Below, piece after piece: positions 62,350-63,960 of a stretch of 63,960 nt of DNA (the first letter of the stretch is position 1; every line of letters starts with the position of its first letter). The notes beneath the pieces are model-generated. The model saw nothing but the letters and a program-made list of their open reading frames with translations, was not told the DNA's origin and searched no databases. Location: assembly GCA_003427395.1 (NCBI GenBank), contig BFEA01000016.1:1520324-1584283 (forward strand), given 5' to 3'. The DNA is from Chara braunii (Eukaryota > Plantae > Charophyceae). A program made the position numbers and the translations under genes.

Positions 62350-63960
62350 TTATACCGCAGAGACCAGGGGTGTGGTCCCATTAGCAGTCCGATAGGAGTG
62401 TGGCCGATCCAGTGTGACACTTGAGTGGCAGCGACCTGACAGGTTCATTACCGCATCGCCGCACCGTTCCGAGCTGGCGCTTGGCCGAGGGCCCGAGCTT
62501 AGAGCACTCGTGCCACTACCGCATCGTTGCCTCCGCCATCGCCAACGGAGGGCGAAGAATCCTTCACGCTCGTCTATCACGAGTACCGACTGGTCGGATA
62601 GGATTCCTTGTGGTAGCGCCAGGCCAGGATAGGATTCCTCAGGCGGATAGATCCGCCCTCCCAGATCATCAGTTTGGAGCACCTCCTCGAGGTGAAGATC
62701 AAGCAACATACAGACAAGGACGGAAAGATAAGGCTCACTCCAGTTAAAGGAGGTACACCCTTCAGTAACTGGAAAGCAGATGAAACGCGCCTTGGATGGA
62801 CCATAACGGATGACTCAATTTCAGTCTCCACTGTGCTACTGGCAGATTACTCATCACAGATTGGCTACAGGCTGCACTCCAAAGCATCAACGCTTCAGAT
62901 CCATGCCTGGGACTCATGGAACAGACAATCGAAGAAAATGCAGATGCAGGAACTAGGTCTCAGATGGGTCCAATCCTTTATCTGCACTATTCTAGAGACT
63001 CTGGAAGTTCGACTAGCAGGCCTTGAATGGCTCCTCCTGCACAACAGTGTACCCACTGCTGCCTGGTGTGCAGACAAGGGTATACGGAAGTGTCAGTCAC
63101 ATGCGACGTTTGCCCGCACCAGTCCCTAGAGGACTCCTCCCACCTGTGGTGGGAATGCGTGGTCGCCAGGTTTTTTTGGGAATGGGTGAACAGACTCTGG
63201 TTTGCAGCTTCCGGAACTTTGTCGTACTGGACAAAATCTTTAGTTCTCTTTGGAGATCAATCCTCCACTACTAGATCAAAGATCGGTAACAAATTCCGTA
63301 TCGTAGGCTTTTGGACACTCTGGATGGCTCGAAGGGATCGCAGGTTTAACAAAGTCTTTTGGACAGTCTCACGCCTACGGAACTCCTTTAAGTTAGCAAT
63401 TAGAAACTTGATTCTAGCTGAGTGGCGAAAAGTCAGAAATAGCTTACCAATGAGCTCAGAAGCTCAGCAGCTTCTTTTCAATCGCTGGGCCTCAGAGTTC
63501 CGCTGGGTTAGCTTCTCGGACAATAAGCAGTTGGTCTTGTCTCGTCATCTCTGGGATGAGAATGAGGACAGGGCCCTCCCTCAAAATTCCGAAGCCCTCT
63601 GGTTATGATTTTGCTATGGGGTAACTTCGGCGCAGTCACGAAAACAGTTTGTAATTGCACTTGAGGCAATCCCGCGAATACAACACCCCCCCACGCGACC
63701 CCACCGGACCCAAAACGTATGCCATATACATTCAGCATTACGGGCCCTTTTGCCTCAAGTGCAATTACAAACTCAAACCCTGACTGCGCCGTAGTTTTCT
63801 CTTTTGCTATTTTATCCTGTTTTGCCCAAGGGACGCTGGACCCGTTGGTGCAGCTCCCCACCAATAGAAAGGAGTAATCTAAGGATCTTCCTCAGGCAGG
63901 GTGATGCTCTTATCATCCTCTGCCTGAGGGACAACCGCCTGATTTTGCCAAAAAAAAAAA
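62350..63960 (+). mobile_element. 5'-truncated L1-clade LINE (ORF2 C-terminus with zf-RVT, 3' UTR, poly(A) at window end)
   Basis: EWLLLHNSVPTAAW / CDVCPHQSLEDSSHLWWEC...FFWEWV...WTLWMARRDRRFN (63027-63608). A run at 63950-63960. Confidence 0.85.
63827..63931 (+). ncRNA. Conserved structured LINE 3' UTR element (second copy)
   Basis: TTGGTG/CACCAA and CTCC/GGAG interleaved stems, then TTCCTCAGGCAG-GGTGAT-GCTCTT-ATCATC-CT-CTGCCTGAGGGA. Confidence 0.7.

Overview
Eukaryotic, repeat-dominated window with three N gaps and many microsatellites. The repeat landscape and proteins suggest a streptophyte alga such as Chara (inference, not verified). Only one cellular gene is supported: a minus-strand exon (8764/8995 to 8027) encoding a signal peptide plus three LysM motifs with two CxC linkers, i.e. 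a CERK1/LYK-type ectodomain. The rest is nested transposable elements: (1) a chromodomain Ty3/Gypsy 3' remnant with PPT and LTR (2696-4178); (2) a probable non-autonomous Helitron (4289-5056); (3) a near full-length degenerate L1/Tx1-clade LINE (about 20000 to 12384) and two LINE 3' fragments; (4) two copies of a MITE with 8-bp TSDs; (5) a long LTR (21844-39485) interrupted by a 10-kb hAT with TIRs and TSD (28632-38605); (6) a pol-less LTR element with a tRNA-Asp PBS and an apparently 8.6-kb LTR (39486-58192); (7) a tRNA-derived SINE head. The most notable observations are a type III hammerhead ribozyme fold in a dispersed repeat family (three copies), a covarying pseudoknot plus stem-loop shared by the 3' UTRs of two divergent L1 LINEs, and conserved RNA-level signals in the giant LTR (a structured island and an antisense splice-site array). 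Two Nextera mate-pair junction adapters (35804 and 36793) mark chimeric assembly. No CRISPR, rRNA or prokaryotic operon structure was seen.
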